64,000 bases of DNA from Myxococcota bacterium. Its GTDB lineage: Bacteria; Myxococcota_A; Polyangia; Nannocystales; Nannocystaceae. Both the position numbers and the translations under genes were made by a program. The notes under the pieces are model-generated. The model was given only the letters and a program-made list of their open reading frames with translations. It had not been told where the DNA came from and did no database searches. The DNA lies in the NCBI GenBank assembly GCA_039028615.1, contig JBCCHT010000022.1, positions 128,001 to 192,000 on the forward strand. Reading direction: 5' to 3'. Every line of letters begins with the position of its first letter. Positions within the stretch are counted from its first letter, which is position 1. Positions 52,069 to 62,455 of the stretch are shown one piece after another.

Positions 52069-53403
52069 TCAGGGCTCCGATCCAGCGTGTAGCACCACGA
52101 CTGGGTCGGTTGTGGCCCCCGTCACCTCGGACGCCGACAACTCCCATTCCCGCGCTCGAGCCCGCTGCCGGGGCGGCTTCACTCGCGAAATGTAAGTTCC
52201 GGGCACGACTCGCCGGGCGCGCACGAGCCCCTGCGCATCCGTTCGCTGGCGCCGAAAAGGGCCTCCGTCGACCTGGACGTCGGGCCAGGGGTTGCCGTCG
52301 GTGTCGACCACCCGCACCGCAATGTCCATCGAGATCTCGTCGAGTCGCAGCTCGACGGTGGCTCCCGGCTCGACGCTGCCGCGCTGCAGCAGCTCGCGAC
52401 CGTCCTGAATGGCCCGAAGGGTGTAGGGCCCGTCGGCGAGCCCCTCGAACGCAAACACGCCGCCCTCCGCCTCGGCCCGGTGCTGCTCGTGACGGCGCAG
52501 CTCGGAGCGCGCCAGCACGACCGCCCGGGGCAGCGCTTCGCCGGCCGCATCGAGCAATCGACCGGTGATGGCCGCCTCCGCCTCGCGCAGCACGAGCTTC
52601 ACCGGGTTGTCGGCGTCGCCGACCTCTTCGAGGTCGATGTCGATCGAGCCGGGGGCAAAACCCGGGACGCGGGCGGTGATCAGCACGCGGTCGATCACGG
52701 GCAGTAGGTCGGTGTGGCAGGCCTCGCGCGCCTGCTGGCAGGGGTCGCACGGGGGCCGCTCGATCTTCGCCAGGGAAAACTCGCCGTCGGCATCGCTCGA
52801 GGTCCGCGGGCTCACCACGGGCAGCACCGCGCCGGGGTCCTCGTCGGTCGGGGCCGCGACCACGATCTGCGCCCCCGCGACCGGCTGCCCCTGCGGGTCG
52901 ACGACCTGCCCCCATAGTCGCGCCAAAGCCCGTGTCTCGAGCTCGGCCTCCACGCCGGGGCGCAGCGTCCAGGGTGCGGCGGGCACTCGCGCCGGGTGGT
53001 TCAGCTGCGGACACACGCGCCCCTTGCAGCCCGGGCCCTCGAAGTGCCCTTCCCGATCGAGCGCCACCACGCCATCGCGGATGCGCGCCACCTCGCCGTC
53101 GGCATTCAGGCACCACAGGATGAGCTGACCTTCGACCACCGCGCCGCCGTCCTCGTCGACGACGTGGCCGGAGACGCGGCCGTGTCCGGCGATGGTGACC
53201 TCGCGCGCGGCAACGGCCCCTCCGCGTCGGCCACCGGCCGCGGATCCCTTCGCCGACCCGCCATCCGCCGACGCATCGTCGTCTCCGGCACGAGCCGAAC
53301 GCCGCGACGAACGATCGGCGGGGCCATAGAGCACCCACAGCGCCGCGAGCACGGCGAGCACCGCCGCGACGAGCCCCAGCCCGCGGACTCGGGCCGAGGT
53401 CAT
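52069..53403 (-). CDS. Membrane-anchored protein with carboxypeptidase-regulatory-like repeats
   Basis: Repeated 'SGHVVDEDG', 'GQVVDPQGQPVAGA', 'TGRLLDAAG', 'VVDTDGNP'; N-terminal TM. Confidence 0.8.
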   Translation of the reverse strand: MTSARVRGLGLVAAVLAVLAALWVLYGPADRSSRRSARAGDDDASADGGSAKGSAAGGRRGGAVAAREVTIAGHGRVSGHVVDEDGGAVVEGQLILWCLNADGEVARIRDGVVALDREGHFEGPGCKGRVCPQLNHPARVPAAPWTLRPGVEAELETRALARLWGQVVDPQGQPVAGAQIVVAAPTDEDPGAVLPVVSPRTSSDADGEFSLAKIERPPCDPCQQAREACHTDLLPVIDRVLITARVPGFAPGSIDIDLEEVGDADNPVKLVLREAEAAITGRLLDAAGEALPRAVVLARSELRRHEQHRAEAEGGVFAFEGLADGPYTLRAIQDGRELLQRGSVEPGATVELRLDEISMDIAVRVVDTDGNPWPDVQVDGGPFRRQRTDAQGLVRARRVVPGTYISRVKPPRQRARAREWELSASEVTGATTDPVVVLHAGSEP

Positions 53404-55223
53404 GAGTTCAATACCGAGGCCATGATCCCCTCGGCCCGCGCCCTCGCCTCGGCGAGCACGTCGTCGACCAGGGCATCGACCTCGGTCTGCACGGCGGCGA
53501 TCTGGCTGGGCTCGAGCCCGCCCTCGCTGCCCGCGAGTGCGTAGACCTTGGCCTTGGGCTCGGTGCCGCTGGGGCGCACGGTGAGCCGACACCGCGCCTT
53601 GCGGCCCCCTCGCGTGCCTTCGAGGTCGTAGAGCAGCACGTTGCCCGGAAGGTCGCGGGTGGCACTGCCCGTATCGCGGGGCAGCGAGCGATCTTCGACC
53701 CGCACCACGTCGAGGCCCCCGATGCTCGGCGGCGGATCGGCCCGCAGCTGTCGCATCAGCTCGGCGATCGCCTCACGGCCCGCCGCACCATGGGCGTACA
53801 GGTTCTCGGTGCGCTCCCGGTGATAACCGTGTGTGCACCACACCCGCTCGAGCATGCCGAACAGGGTCAGCCCCTCGGTCTTGGCCATGGCCGCCGCCTC
53901 GACCAACAACCGGGCCGCCACCGCGCCGTCCTTGTCGTGCACGTGGTCGCCCCGCATGAAGCCGTGGCTCTCTTCGCAGCCGAAGAACACGGTCTTGTCG
54001 GGCTGCTCCGCCTGCATGCCCGCGTGGTGCTTGAAGCCCACTAGCAAGTCGTCGACGACCTCGATGCCCGCGTCGCGGGCCATGCTCCCGATGAGCGGCG
54101 TGGTGACCAGCGTGGTGAGCACCCAGCCGTTGGGCGGGCGCGAGGCGTGCCGCAGCACGTGGTCGAACATCAGCACGCCGAGGCGGTTGCCATCGATCGC
54201 GTGGAACTGGCCGTCGGCGTCCTTGGCCAGCGCGCCGAGCCGATCTGCATCGGGATCGGTGGCGATCACCAGCTCGGCGCCTCGCTCGGTGGCGAGCTGA
54301 CGACCAAGCTCCATCGACGCGGGCGACTCCGGGTTCGCGCTCTTCACCGTGGAGAAGCGTCCGCCGTCGGGGTCGCACTGGCGCTCGACCAGGTGCAGCG
54401 TGACCCCCGTGCCCTCCAGCGCAGGAACCACCGCGGTGTGCCCCACCCCGTGCAATGGAGTGAAGACGACCGAGAGCCCGGCTGCCGCCATCGGCTCGGC
54501 CGGAGCCACGCCCTGGTCGCGCACGAACTGGTGGTACGCGGCGTCGACCTCATCGAGGGACAGGCACTCGATCCGTGCGTCCGCCTCGGGGTCGAGCGGC
54601 GGCAGAGCTTCGGTCATCGCCTGCCGAATGGCCGCCATCAGCGCTTTATCGCGCGCTCCGAGCACCTGCGCGCCGTCGGGGCCGTAGATCTTGATCCCGT
54701 TGTCGCCCGGCGGGTTGTGGCTCGCCGAGATCACGATGCCCGCTCCGCAGCCGCGGTCCCGCACCACGTACGACAGCTGCGGCGTGGGCCGAGCCGCGTC
54801 GATGAGCAACACCGAAACCCCGTCGCTGGCCAGCTGCCGGGAGACGACGCGCGCGAACACGTGACTGTCGCGTCGCGTGTCGAAGGCCACCGCGACCTTC
54901 ATCGGCACCCCTTCGTCGCGCATCGCCGCGACCAAGCCCCGCGCCGTCTCGCGCAGCACGATGGGGTTGATGCGATTCGGCCCCGGACCCACCAGGCCAC
55001 GACGCCCCCCGGTTCCGATCGGCAAGGGCCCCTCGAATGCATCCGCCAGCGAGGCCCGAGCCTCGGCGTCCCCGTCCCGCGCTCGATCGACCTGAGCCTT
55101 CAGCTCGTCGCGGAACTCGGCGTAGGTCGGTTCGGTCAGCCACCGCACGATCGCGGCATGGGCCGGCGGTGGGACTCCGAGATCACTCGGCGACAAATCG
55201 ATCGGTGCGTCGTTCTTGGACAC
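53400..55223 (-). CDS. Phosphoglucomutase/phosphomannomutase
   Basis: 'SASHNP', 'DPDADR', 'EESHG', 'DKDG', 'RPSGTEPKAK'. Confidence 0.95.
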   Translation of the reverse strand: MSKNDAPIDLSPSDLGVPPPAHAAIVRWLTEPTYAEFRDELKAQVDRARDGDAEARASLADAFEGPLPIGTGGRRGLVGPGPNRINPIVLRETARGLVAAMRDEGVPMKVAVAFDTRRDSHVFARVVSRQLASDGVSVLLIDAARPTPQLSYVVRDRGCGAGIVISASHNPPGDNGIKIYGPDGAQVLGARDKALMAAIRQAMTEALPPLDPEADARIECLSLDEVDAAYHQFVRDQGVAPAEPMAAAGLSVVFTPLHGVGHTAVVPALEGTGVTLHLVERQCDPDGGRFSTVKSANPESPASMELGRQLATERGAELVIATDPDADRLGALAKDADGQFHAIDGNRLGVLMFDHVLRHASRPPNGWVLTTLVTTPLIGSMARDAGIEVVDDLLVGFKHHAGMQAEQPDKTVFFGCEESHGFMRGDHVHDKDGAVAARLLVEAAAMAKTEGLTLFGMLERVWCTHGYHRERTENLYAHGAAGREAIAELMRQLRADPPPSIGGLDVVRVEDRSLPRDTGSATRDLPGNVLLYDLEGTRGGRKARCRLTVRPSGTEPKAKVYALAGSEGGLEPSQIAAVQTEVDALVDDVLAEARARAEGIMASVLNS

Positions 55224-55540
55224 GGCGCGGATCTTACGCCGGAGCAGCACGCATGTTGAGGGGGCGCGGCGGAGCCAAATGCGCCACCGATATGGACCGC
55301 GCTACGACGCCGTTTAGATGGGTACGAGCGGTCACCCCCGCGCTCGTGACATCGATCGACCTAGCGTGAAATCGACGAGCCCGGTCGTGCGTTGGGAGTC
55401 TGGCGACACGAGCCGTCCCGCGGGTCGTCGCGTCCCCGTTTTGCCCCGAGCCAAGCTCGACGATTTATGGAACACTACGAAAAGCTCGGTGTCGTGTTTT
55501 TGCTGTTCCAACCCCGGTGAGTGACGAAGGAGTCTTCTCG

Positions 55541-58069
55541 ATGCGCCAACCTCTATATAACCGGCTGCGGCCATTCCTTCGCCGTGACCTACGGGCTCGA
55601 CTCGTGTCCGCCCTGGTCACCGTGCTCGTCCTGACGGGCCTGAGTTGGCTGGGCATCTCCGCCCTGACCAACATCGACAGCCGCGAGGCCCACGAGCTAC
55701 GCGTCGCGGCCGGCCTCGAGCACGTCGACGCCGTGTGTGGGACGGGCTCGCACCTTTCGGAGTGCAACTACGACGATCGCACCCAAGAAAAGGTCGACCG
55801 CGAGTTCTTCCGTCGCCGCGGCATCCGGGTCGCCATCCTCTCCGAGCTCGAGCAGCGCATCGAGATGGCCATCAGCCAGCTCGACGAGGCGGACCGCCTC
55901 CTGCAAGACATGGAGCTCGACCCCCGCACCGGGGAAATGGCCGGCGACACCGTCGCCCTGCGGGCCGCGCTCAGCGAGTCCATCATCAATGTCGCCCCGG
56001 CCACCATGAGCTCGGTCGAGGTGCGGCGCGCCCGGCTGCTCGAGCGCCTCGACGAGTTCGAGCCCGCGCCCAAGAACGCACGCGAGGTCGAGCGCCGCCT
56101 CGGCATGTTCGCCAAGGTCAACGGCAAGGACGTCGAGGTCCACCAGGACCCGACGCCGAAGGGAATCGGCTGGATCAAGGCGGATCGCCGCTCCAACATC
56201 CAGGCCAACTCCGTGCACGACGACCTGGTCTCCGCGGTGAGCTCCGAGCGCGTCGAGCTGCTCGCCGTTCGCACCCGGGTCCGAGCCATGCTCCAGCGCG
56301 ACGGGGTCCGGGGCGGCGAGCGACAGCTGACCAACCGCGTCGAGCTCATCGAGAACATCGAGCGTGGGCTCGGCCAGGGCAACGACCCCAACTCCGAGCT
56401 GTTCGCTCAGCGCATCGAGGTCGCCACCTGGCTCGCCAGCAAGGGGCACGTGGACTGGCTCGACGGCGACGCCGGGTTGGACGTGGGCGCCGCCATGATG
56501 CACAAGCCGGTCGCGACGCTCATCTCCGACTCGATGTACGACGTCGATCTCGACCTCGCCCGGGTCGCCCACAGCGACCTCGAGACGCTGCACGCGATGA
56601 TCTCCGACCCCAGCCACGAGCTGTGGGCCAGCGGCTGGATCGACAGCCTCGCCGCGCGCACCACCATCCTCAAGCCGATGGTTCGCTACCGCTCGCCCAT
56701 CGGCGGCGGTGAGCGCTGGCGCCTGTTCGGCGTGGTCACCTTCCTGCTCTCGGGCATCATGCTGATGCTGGTCGGTCCCATCGTGACCGCCACCTCCACC
56801 GCTCGCGAGCGCGAGGCGGGCACCCTGCCCGTGCTTCGCATGACCGGCCTGTCCGCAGGCGACCTGGCCCTGGCCATGGCCATCGGGCCCAACGTCTTCG
56901 CCCTGGTCACCGGGGCGGGCCTGTTGGTCCTGGCGCTGCCCGTGCTCGCCCTGACGGCGGGCCCGAGCGCGATGATGGTGCCGGTGGGCCTGCTGCTGCT
57001 GCTCACCGCGGCCACCCACCTCACCGCCATCGGTCTGGGCGATGCCCTCGGTCAGCGCGTCAACGCGATGGTCGTCGGCGGTCTGCTCGGCGTCGCCGTC
57101 CTGGGCCCCGGCCTGGTCGGCGCGGTCATGGTGGTCGGCGACATGGCGGCCACCGGCCTGCTGCTCGGGCCCCTGCCCGCGCTGGTGGGTGAGGCGGTCG
57201 GTATGAGCGGGCTGCCCTACGCCAACCTGCTCGAGCACGGTCACCTCAGCTCGTCCATCCTCGGCTACACCGTCGCGGTGCAGACCTTGCTCGGCGGCCT
57301 GTGCCTGCTCAGTTGGCGACGCCGCGTCGAGCAAGCCTGGGCGCCGCTGTTCCGTCCCATCGAGGGGGCGGCGTTGGCCCTGGCCTCCGTGGGCTGCAGC
57401 GCCCTGGCCGTCTTCGACTTGTCGCAGCGGCTCGACGTCCAGACCTACGACACGGTCAACCTCATCACCTTCGTCTCCACGGCCTTCCTCATGCCCATCC
57501 TCGGGTGGCTGCTGGTCTCCAGCCTCGTTCGCCCCGCGCGAGCGAGCGCCATGGCCAGCGTGTCCGAGGTCCGACGTGCCTTCCTGCGCTTCCAGCTGTT
57601 CGTGGTGCTCACGGGCGCGGCCCTGGCCGCTGCGTATGCGCTGGTGCTCGACGGCACGCACCTGCGGGCCGAGAAGTCCGAGGTCATGTGGGCCACGCTG
57701 ACGCAGGGCCTGCTCGTCGCCGAGACGGCGGTGGCCACCCTGCTGCTGGCCTCGCGCCGTCGCAAGGGCCGGCACCGCGTGTTCTTCGTCGGCACCGCGG
57801 TCGCCCTGCTCCAGCTCGGGTTCGCGGTCGCCGTGTACAACCTCGAGGTCGAGCACGTGGCCTTCACCCAGAAGGCCGGCCTGCCCTTCATGGTCGGCAT
57901 GGATGCCTCCCCGTACTGGATGGCCTTCCTGCTCGTCGCGTGGGCGGCCGGGCTCGGGCTGGTGCTCGCCGCCCTGCTCCGCGAGCGCGGCCGCGAGGAG
58001 CAGCAGCCGCAAGAGGCCGCGTCCGCTGCAGACGACGAGGTCGAGAAGGGTCGACGCTGGCTCCACTGA
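55541..58069 (+). CDS. ABC-2-type permease-like membrane protein with large soluble domain
   Basis: 'STAREREAGTLPVLRMTGLS' motif; one N-terminal TM, long coiled domain, many C-terminal TMs. Confidence 0.7.
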   Translation: MRQPLYNRLRPFLRRDLRARLVSALVTVLVLTGLSWLGISALTNIDSREAHELRVAAGLEHVDAVCGTGSHLSECNYDDRTQEKVDREFFRRRGIRVAILSELEQRIEMAISQLDEADRLLQDMELDPRTGEMAGDTVALRAALSESIINVAPATMSSVEVRRARLLERLDEFEPAPKNAREVERRLGMFAKVNGKDVEVHQDPTPKGIGWIKADRRSNIQANSVHDDLVSAVSSERVELLAVRTRVRAMLQRDGVRGGERQLTNRVELIENIERGLGQGNDPNSELFAQRIEVATWLASKGHVDWLDGDAGLDVGAAMMHKPVATLISDSMYDVDLDLARVAHSDLETLHAMISDPSHELWASGWIDSLAARTTILKPMVRYRSPIGGGERWRLFGVVTFLLSGIMLMLVGPIVTATSTAREREAGTLPVLRMTGLSAGDLALAMAIGPNVFALVTGAGLLVLALPVLALTAGPSAMMVPVGLLLLLTAATHLTAIGLGDALGQRVNAMVVGGLLGVAVLGPGLVGAVMVVGDMAATGLLLGPLPALVGEAVGMSGLPYANLLEHGHLSSSILGYTVAVQTLLGGLCLLSWRRRVEQAWAPLFRPIEGAALALASVGCSALAVFDLSQRLDVQTYDTVNLITFVSTAFLMPILGWLLVSSLVRPARASAMASVSEVRRAFLRFQLFVVLTGAALAAAYALVLDGTHLRAEKSEVMWATLTQGLLVAETAVATLLLASRRRKGRHRVFFVGTAVALLQLGFAVAVYNLEVEHVAFTQKAGLPFMVGMDASPYWMAFLLVAWAAGLGLVLAALLRERGREEQQPQEAASAADDEVEKGRRWLH

Positions 58070-58515
58070 GCCCCGTCCCTCTTCCCGGGAGCCCATCGGC
58101 TCCTTCGGCGGCCCGCGATCCCCTCGGATCTCGGGCCGTCGCCCGTTTCGAAGCGGGAGCCCAGGCCGGCTTCGGCCCCCGAACGAGGCCCGCGATCACC
58201 GCAGAATGAGGCCCGGATCACCTCGATCCCGCGTTTTTTGCGCGGGTATGAAATTGTAGGGCCGGATGCATGCAACGATCGGCAAATCGTTACGTCAACA
58301 GTGGTGCGGGGGCGCGACCCGCGTTTGAGTTCTCCGTGCAGGGTGCGTCTTTGGGTCCGTGGTGGGGCCGACGGAGAAACAGGCAATTCGGCCTTACGCG
58401 ATTCGCGCCTCCGCTCATTCCTTCGAAGCCTAGTTCAGATCGCTCTCCTACCTTTCCTCTCAACAAGGGGAAACGTAAGGTGCGGTGGTCTCCCGCGCCT
58501 CGAGGAATGTCCCCA

Positions 58516-59877
58516 ATGAAGCCATCGATCGCTCTGGCCCTCCCCCTCCTCACGCTCACCCTTGCCATCGGCGCTGCCCCGGCCTCGGCCAGTGAGCCGG
58601 TCGATCCACTGGATACGCCGGAAGGGGCGATTCCGATGGGCCCGCAGATCGGCCCCGGCCCCGGCAGCCTGGTGTCCGACGAGCGACCCCAGCACCTCGG
58701 CGACAAGATCCTGTTCGTCAACTTCGACGGCGCGGACATGAACGCCTGCGGGAACAACAACCCGCAGAACAACTGCTCGACCATCTTCAACGGCACGGTG
58801 CTGCCGTTTTCGGGCACCGACGTCCAGCAGGCGTCCATCATCCAGGTCATCCGCAAGCGGGTGCAGGACTTCGGCATCACCGTCACCAACGTGCGTCCCG
58901 CCAGCGGCGACTACGACATGGAGATGGTGGGCAACTGGCAGGGCGCCGACCCCTCCTTTGCCGGAGTTGCGCCCAACATCGACTGCTTCGACAACGCGGG
59001 CGGCGAGACCTCGTTCACCCTCGAGGCCAGCGGCTCCGCCGACGGCATTGCGGAGATCGTGCTGCAAGAGCTCGCCCACACCTGGGGCCTCGAGCACATC
59101 GACGACCAGTCCGATCTGCTCTATCCGACCACGCAGGGCAGCAACAAGACCTTCCGCGACGAGTGCATCAAGATCGTCAGCGACACCGACCTGAACCCGA
59201 GCAACGGCATCTGCAACTCGGTGCACACGCAGTTCTGCGACTTCGGCTGGCAGAACAGCTACCAGGAGATGCTGTACCTGTTCGGACCCTCGGTGGCCGA
59301 CACCGCGCCGCCGAGCGTCTCGATCGTCAACCCCAGCAACGGGGAGAACATCGAGGGCGGTGACCTCGAGCTCATCATCTCGCTGGTCGACGATCAGACG
59401 CCGGCCGTCATCGGGGCCGAGATCGTGATCGACGGCGATGCCCTGCCCGAGCCGCTCGAGGCGGGCGGTGCCTATGCGGCCCCCGGCGAGCTCACCTTCC
59501 CCATCGAAGGCCTGCCCGACGGCAACTACACCGTGCGCGTCGACATCGAGGACGAGTCCGACAACCCCGCGTCCGACGAGGTCAGCTTCACCGTGGTCGG
59601 CAACCCCCAGGGCGGGGGCGAAGACGGAGGCGGAGCCGACGAGTCCGGCGGAGGTGAAGGCGCGGACGATGCCGGCGGAGGCGGAACCGGAGGCGATGCA
59701 GGCGGTGGCGACGGAGGCAACGCCGATGGCTCCGGCGGCGACGATGCGGGCATTGCCGACCCGGGCCAGCCCACCAACGACGGCTGCGACTGCCGAACCG
59801 ACGGTGGCCACGGCCCAGGCACCGCATTGGGCCTGCTCGGCCTGCTCGGCCTGGTGATTCGCCGCCGTCGCGACTGA
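58516..59877 (+). CDS. MYXO-CTERM metzincin-like protein 1 (QExxH variant) with Ig-like domain
   Basis: 'LFVNFDG', 'QELAHTWGLEH', 'GCDCRT...LLGLVIRRRRD'. Confidence 0.82.
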   Translation: MKPSIALALPLLTLTLAIGAAPASASEPVDPLDTPEGAIPMGPQIGPGPGSLVSDERPQHLGDKILFVNFDGADMNACGNNNPQNNCSTIFNGTVLPFSGTDVQQASIIQVIRKRVQDFGITVTNVRPASGDYDMEMVGNWQGADPSFAGVAPNIDCFDNAGGETSFTLEASGSADGIAEIVLQELAHTWGLEHIDDQSDLLYPTTQGSNKTFRDECIKIVSDTDLNPSNGICNSVHTQFCDFGWQNSYQEMLYLFGPSVADTAPPSVSIVNPSNGENIEGGDLELIISLVDDQTPAVIGAEIVIDGDALPEPLEAGGAYAAPGELTFPIEGLPDGNYTVRVDIEDESDNPASDEVSFTVVGNPQGGGEDGGGADESGGGEGADDAGGGGTGGDAGGGDGGNADGSGGDDAGIADPGQPTNDGCDCRTDGGHGPGTALGLLGLLGLVIRRRRD

Positions 59878-60033
59878 GCCCGCGGCCTCGTCGACCCCCG
59901 CGCCACCGCCCATCTCGGACGACGGCGGGGCGTCGTGGGCGAATATCGGCGAACGACGCCGGGACTGCCGCCGCGACGAAGCGCCCCACGGCATGGTGAG
60001 CGAGCGCGCGGCCTGCTAGCTTTTGGTGTGCCG

Positions 60034-61203
60034 ATGCTCGGCCCCTTCGCTCTGTTCCTCGCGCTGGATCCCAGCGCTGCCAACGATCTCGCGCTGCCCC
60101 TGAGCACGCCCGCCCTGCCGGCTGCGCCCCTGCGCGCCGACACGTTTCCGCGGGCCATGGGCGAGCCCGAGATCCTCTACATCAACTTCGACGGAGGGGT
60201 CCTGCAGACCGGGTGCGGCAACGATCCGCACTACGACTGCAGCACGCTGGCCGGGCTCTTCGACGGCTACGTCGGCCCCTTCGAGGGCAACGAGACCCAG
60301 CGGATCTCCATCCTCCAGGCCACCCGCAAGGACGTCCAGGACTTCGGCGTCCGCGTGGTGCTCGATCGGCCCCCCGAGGATCAGGACTACACCATGGTCA
60401 TGTACGGCGACCTCGGGCCGCAGAGCTTCGCCGGGGTCGCACCGTACATCGACTGCGAGGATCGCCGGGCGGGCGACACCAGCTTCACCCAGGGCTTCAC
60501 CGGTTCGAATACCGGGTCCACCGTCATCCTCCAGGAGGCCGCGCATACCTGGGGGCTCGAGCACGTCGACGCCGAGTTCGACATCCTCAACCCCTTCAAG
60601 GCGGCGGGGCTCAATCAGTTCTTCAACGACGAGTGCTTCAAGATCGTCGCCAATACCGATCTCGAGCCGACCACCGGGTCCTGCAACCAGGTCCACACCC
60701 AGTTCTGCGAGACGGGCTATCAAAACAGCTGGCAGGAGATGAACCTGCTGTTCGGGCCGGCGGTGGCCGACGTCACCGTGCCCACGCTGGAGATCACCAA
60801 CCCGCTCGACGAGAGCACCTTCGTGCTGCCCACCACCATCGCGCTGCTGGGCGAGATTCAGGACGACCAGCACCCGCAGTTTTACAACCTCCAGATCTTC
60901 GACGGCGACACGATGATCTTCGACGACACCCGGGTCGGCCTCGACCTGCTGCTCGTCAACCCGCCCGAGGGTGAGTACGACCTGCGGGTGGTCCTCGCCG
61001 ACGAGGCGGGCAACGCGACCGAAGACCGGGTGCGCTTCACCATCCTGCCCGAGGGCAGCGAGCTGCCGCCCGATCCCGACGACGAAGACGACCCCAACGA
61101 GCCCGAGCCCGCCGGATGCCGCGCGGCGGGAACCGCCGGCTCCACGTGGGCGTTGATGGGCTTGCTGCCGCTGTTGGTCGCGCGTCGACGGAGCCGCGCA
61201 TGA
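60034..61203 (+). CDS. MYXO-CTERM metzincin-like protein 2 (QExxH variant)
   Basis: 'LYINFDG', 'QEAAHTWGLEH', 'AGCRA...LLVARRRSRA'. Confidence 0.82.
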   Translation: MLGPFALFLALDPSAANDLALPLSTPALPAAPLRADTFPRAMGEPEILYINFDGGVLQTGCGNDPHYDCSTLAGLFDGYVGPFEGNETQRISILQATRKDVQDFGVRVVLDRPPEDQDYTMVMYGDLGPQSFAGVAPYIDCEDRRAGDTSFTQGFTGSNTGSTVILQEAAHTWGLEHVDAEFDILNPFKAAGLNQFFNDECFKIVANTDLEPTTGSCNQVHTQFCETGYQNSWQEMNLLFGPAVADVTVPTLEITNPLDESTFVLPTTIALLGEIQDDQHPQFYNLQIFDGDTMIFDDTRVGLDLLLVNPPEGEYDLRVVLADEAGNATEDRVRFTILPEGSELPPDPDDEDDPNEPEPAGCRAAGTAGSTWALMGLLPLLVARRRSRA

Positions 61204-62441
61204 ACCCCCTGGCGCTGCTCCTGCTCGCGGCAGCGCCAGTCGAGCTCGTCATCCCCTCCGAGGGGGCTCCCGGGCCCACCGCGGACGAAGCCTCCGAGTC
61301 CGTGCCCGTCTCCCAGCGGCGGCATCGCATGGACATGCCGCTGCCGCCTCGGCCCAGCGCGCTCACCAGCGACCCGCAGCCGACGGCCGCTCGCGAGGTC
61401 GGCACCAACACCATCGTGTTCGTGAACTTCGATGGCGTGGAGCTGGGCTCGTGCAACCCGAGCAACAGCAAGCGCAACTGTCACTGGTACAACACGGAGA
61501 AGGCCTTCCCGCCCTTTTCCGGCACCATCCAGACCAAGGTCTCCGTGCTGCAGGCCATGCGCCGCGACGCGGCCGACTTCGGCGTACGCATCACCGGTCA
61601 GCGGCCCCCCGACTCCGAGGACTACACGATGGTCATCTACGGGGGCACCGAGGCGGAGTACGGCGCCTTGGGCAGCGCCCCCGCGGGCGACTGCCTCGAC
61701 CAGAACCCCAACCAGATCGCCTTTGCCCACGTCGACGGCGACCTGGTCGAGTGGATCAACGGCGGGGCGACCACCGCCCTGCACGAAGCGGCCCACAGCT
61801 GGGGCCTCGATCACATCGATACCGAGGGCACGATCATGTTCCCCTCGGGCAACAACCAGCCCACCACGTTCTTCGACGGCTGCGCGGCGGTGGTGACCGA
61901 CGTCGAGCTCACCCCCGGCGCCGGCTCCTGCCCCGAGATCAACGAGCAGAACTGTGGCAGCGAAGGCTCGCAGGACCCGCGGGCCACGCTGGCCGAGCTG
62001 TTCGGCGAGCCCTACGTCGACGTGACCCCGCCCACGGTCGAGCTGGTCGAGCCCCGCGATGGCCAGTACTTCCAGGCCCCCGCCGACTTCGACGTCATCC
62101 TCGACATCCAAGACGACCTGCACCCGCAGGTCTACGACGTCGCCTTCTGGCTGGGCGCCGATCCCAAGCCCGAGAGCAGGCCCTTCGTCGAGAACTACTT
62201 CTCGGTAGCGCAGCTGCCCGTGGGCACCTGGGAGTTCCACGTCGAGTTCGTCGACGAGGCCGGGCACGCGGCCCGGCTCGACTTCGAGATCGAGGTCGGG
62301 GAAGACCCCCCGCCCACCCCGACCGAAGACGGCTGCTCGGGCTGCGGCGTCGCAGCGGGGCGCACGCCGGGTGTAAGCGGACGCGCGGGGCTCGTTGTCT
62401 TGCTGCTGGGGCTCGTGGCATGTCGCCGCCGCCCGCGGTAA
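61200..62441 (+). CDS. MYXO-CTERM matrixin-like zinc metalloprotease 3 (intact motif)
   Basis: 'VFVNFDG', 'HEAAHSWGLDH', Met-turn 'TIMFP', 'GCSGC...ACRRRPR'; ATGA overlap. Confidence 0.85.
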   Translation: MNPLALLLLAAAPVELVIPSEGAPGPTADEASESVPVSQRRHRMDMPLPPRPSALTSDPQPTAAREVGTNTIVFVNFDGVELGSCNPSNSKRNCHWYNTEKAFPPFSGTIQTKVSVLQAMRRDAADFGVRITGQRPPDSEDYTMVIYGGTEAEYGALGSAPAGDCLDQNPNQIAFAHVDGDLVEWINGGATTALHEAAHSWGLDHIDTEGTIMFPSGNNQPTTFFDGCAAVVTDVELTPGAGSCPEINEQNCGSEGSQDPRATLAELFGEPYVDVTPPTVELVEPRDGQYFQAPADFDVILDIQDDLHPQVYDVAFWLGADPKPESRPFVENYFSVAQLPVGTWEFHVEFVDEAGHAARLDFEIEVGEDPPPTPTEDGCSGCGVAAGRTPGVSGRAGLVVLLLGLVACRRRPR

Positions 62442-62455
62442 GACTTCGCCCGCTC

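Noticed and set aside
55697..58096. 799-aa ORF antisense to the permease
   Set aside because: Antisense shadow with no motifs.
61451..62455. 5' part of the 585-aa ORF
   Set aside because: Off-frame overlap with metalloprotease 3; the lipoprotein begins at ATG 62456.
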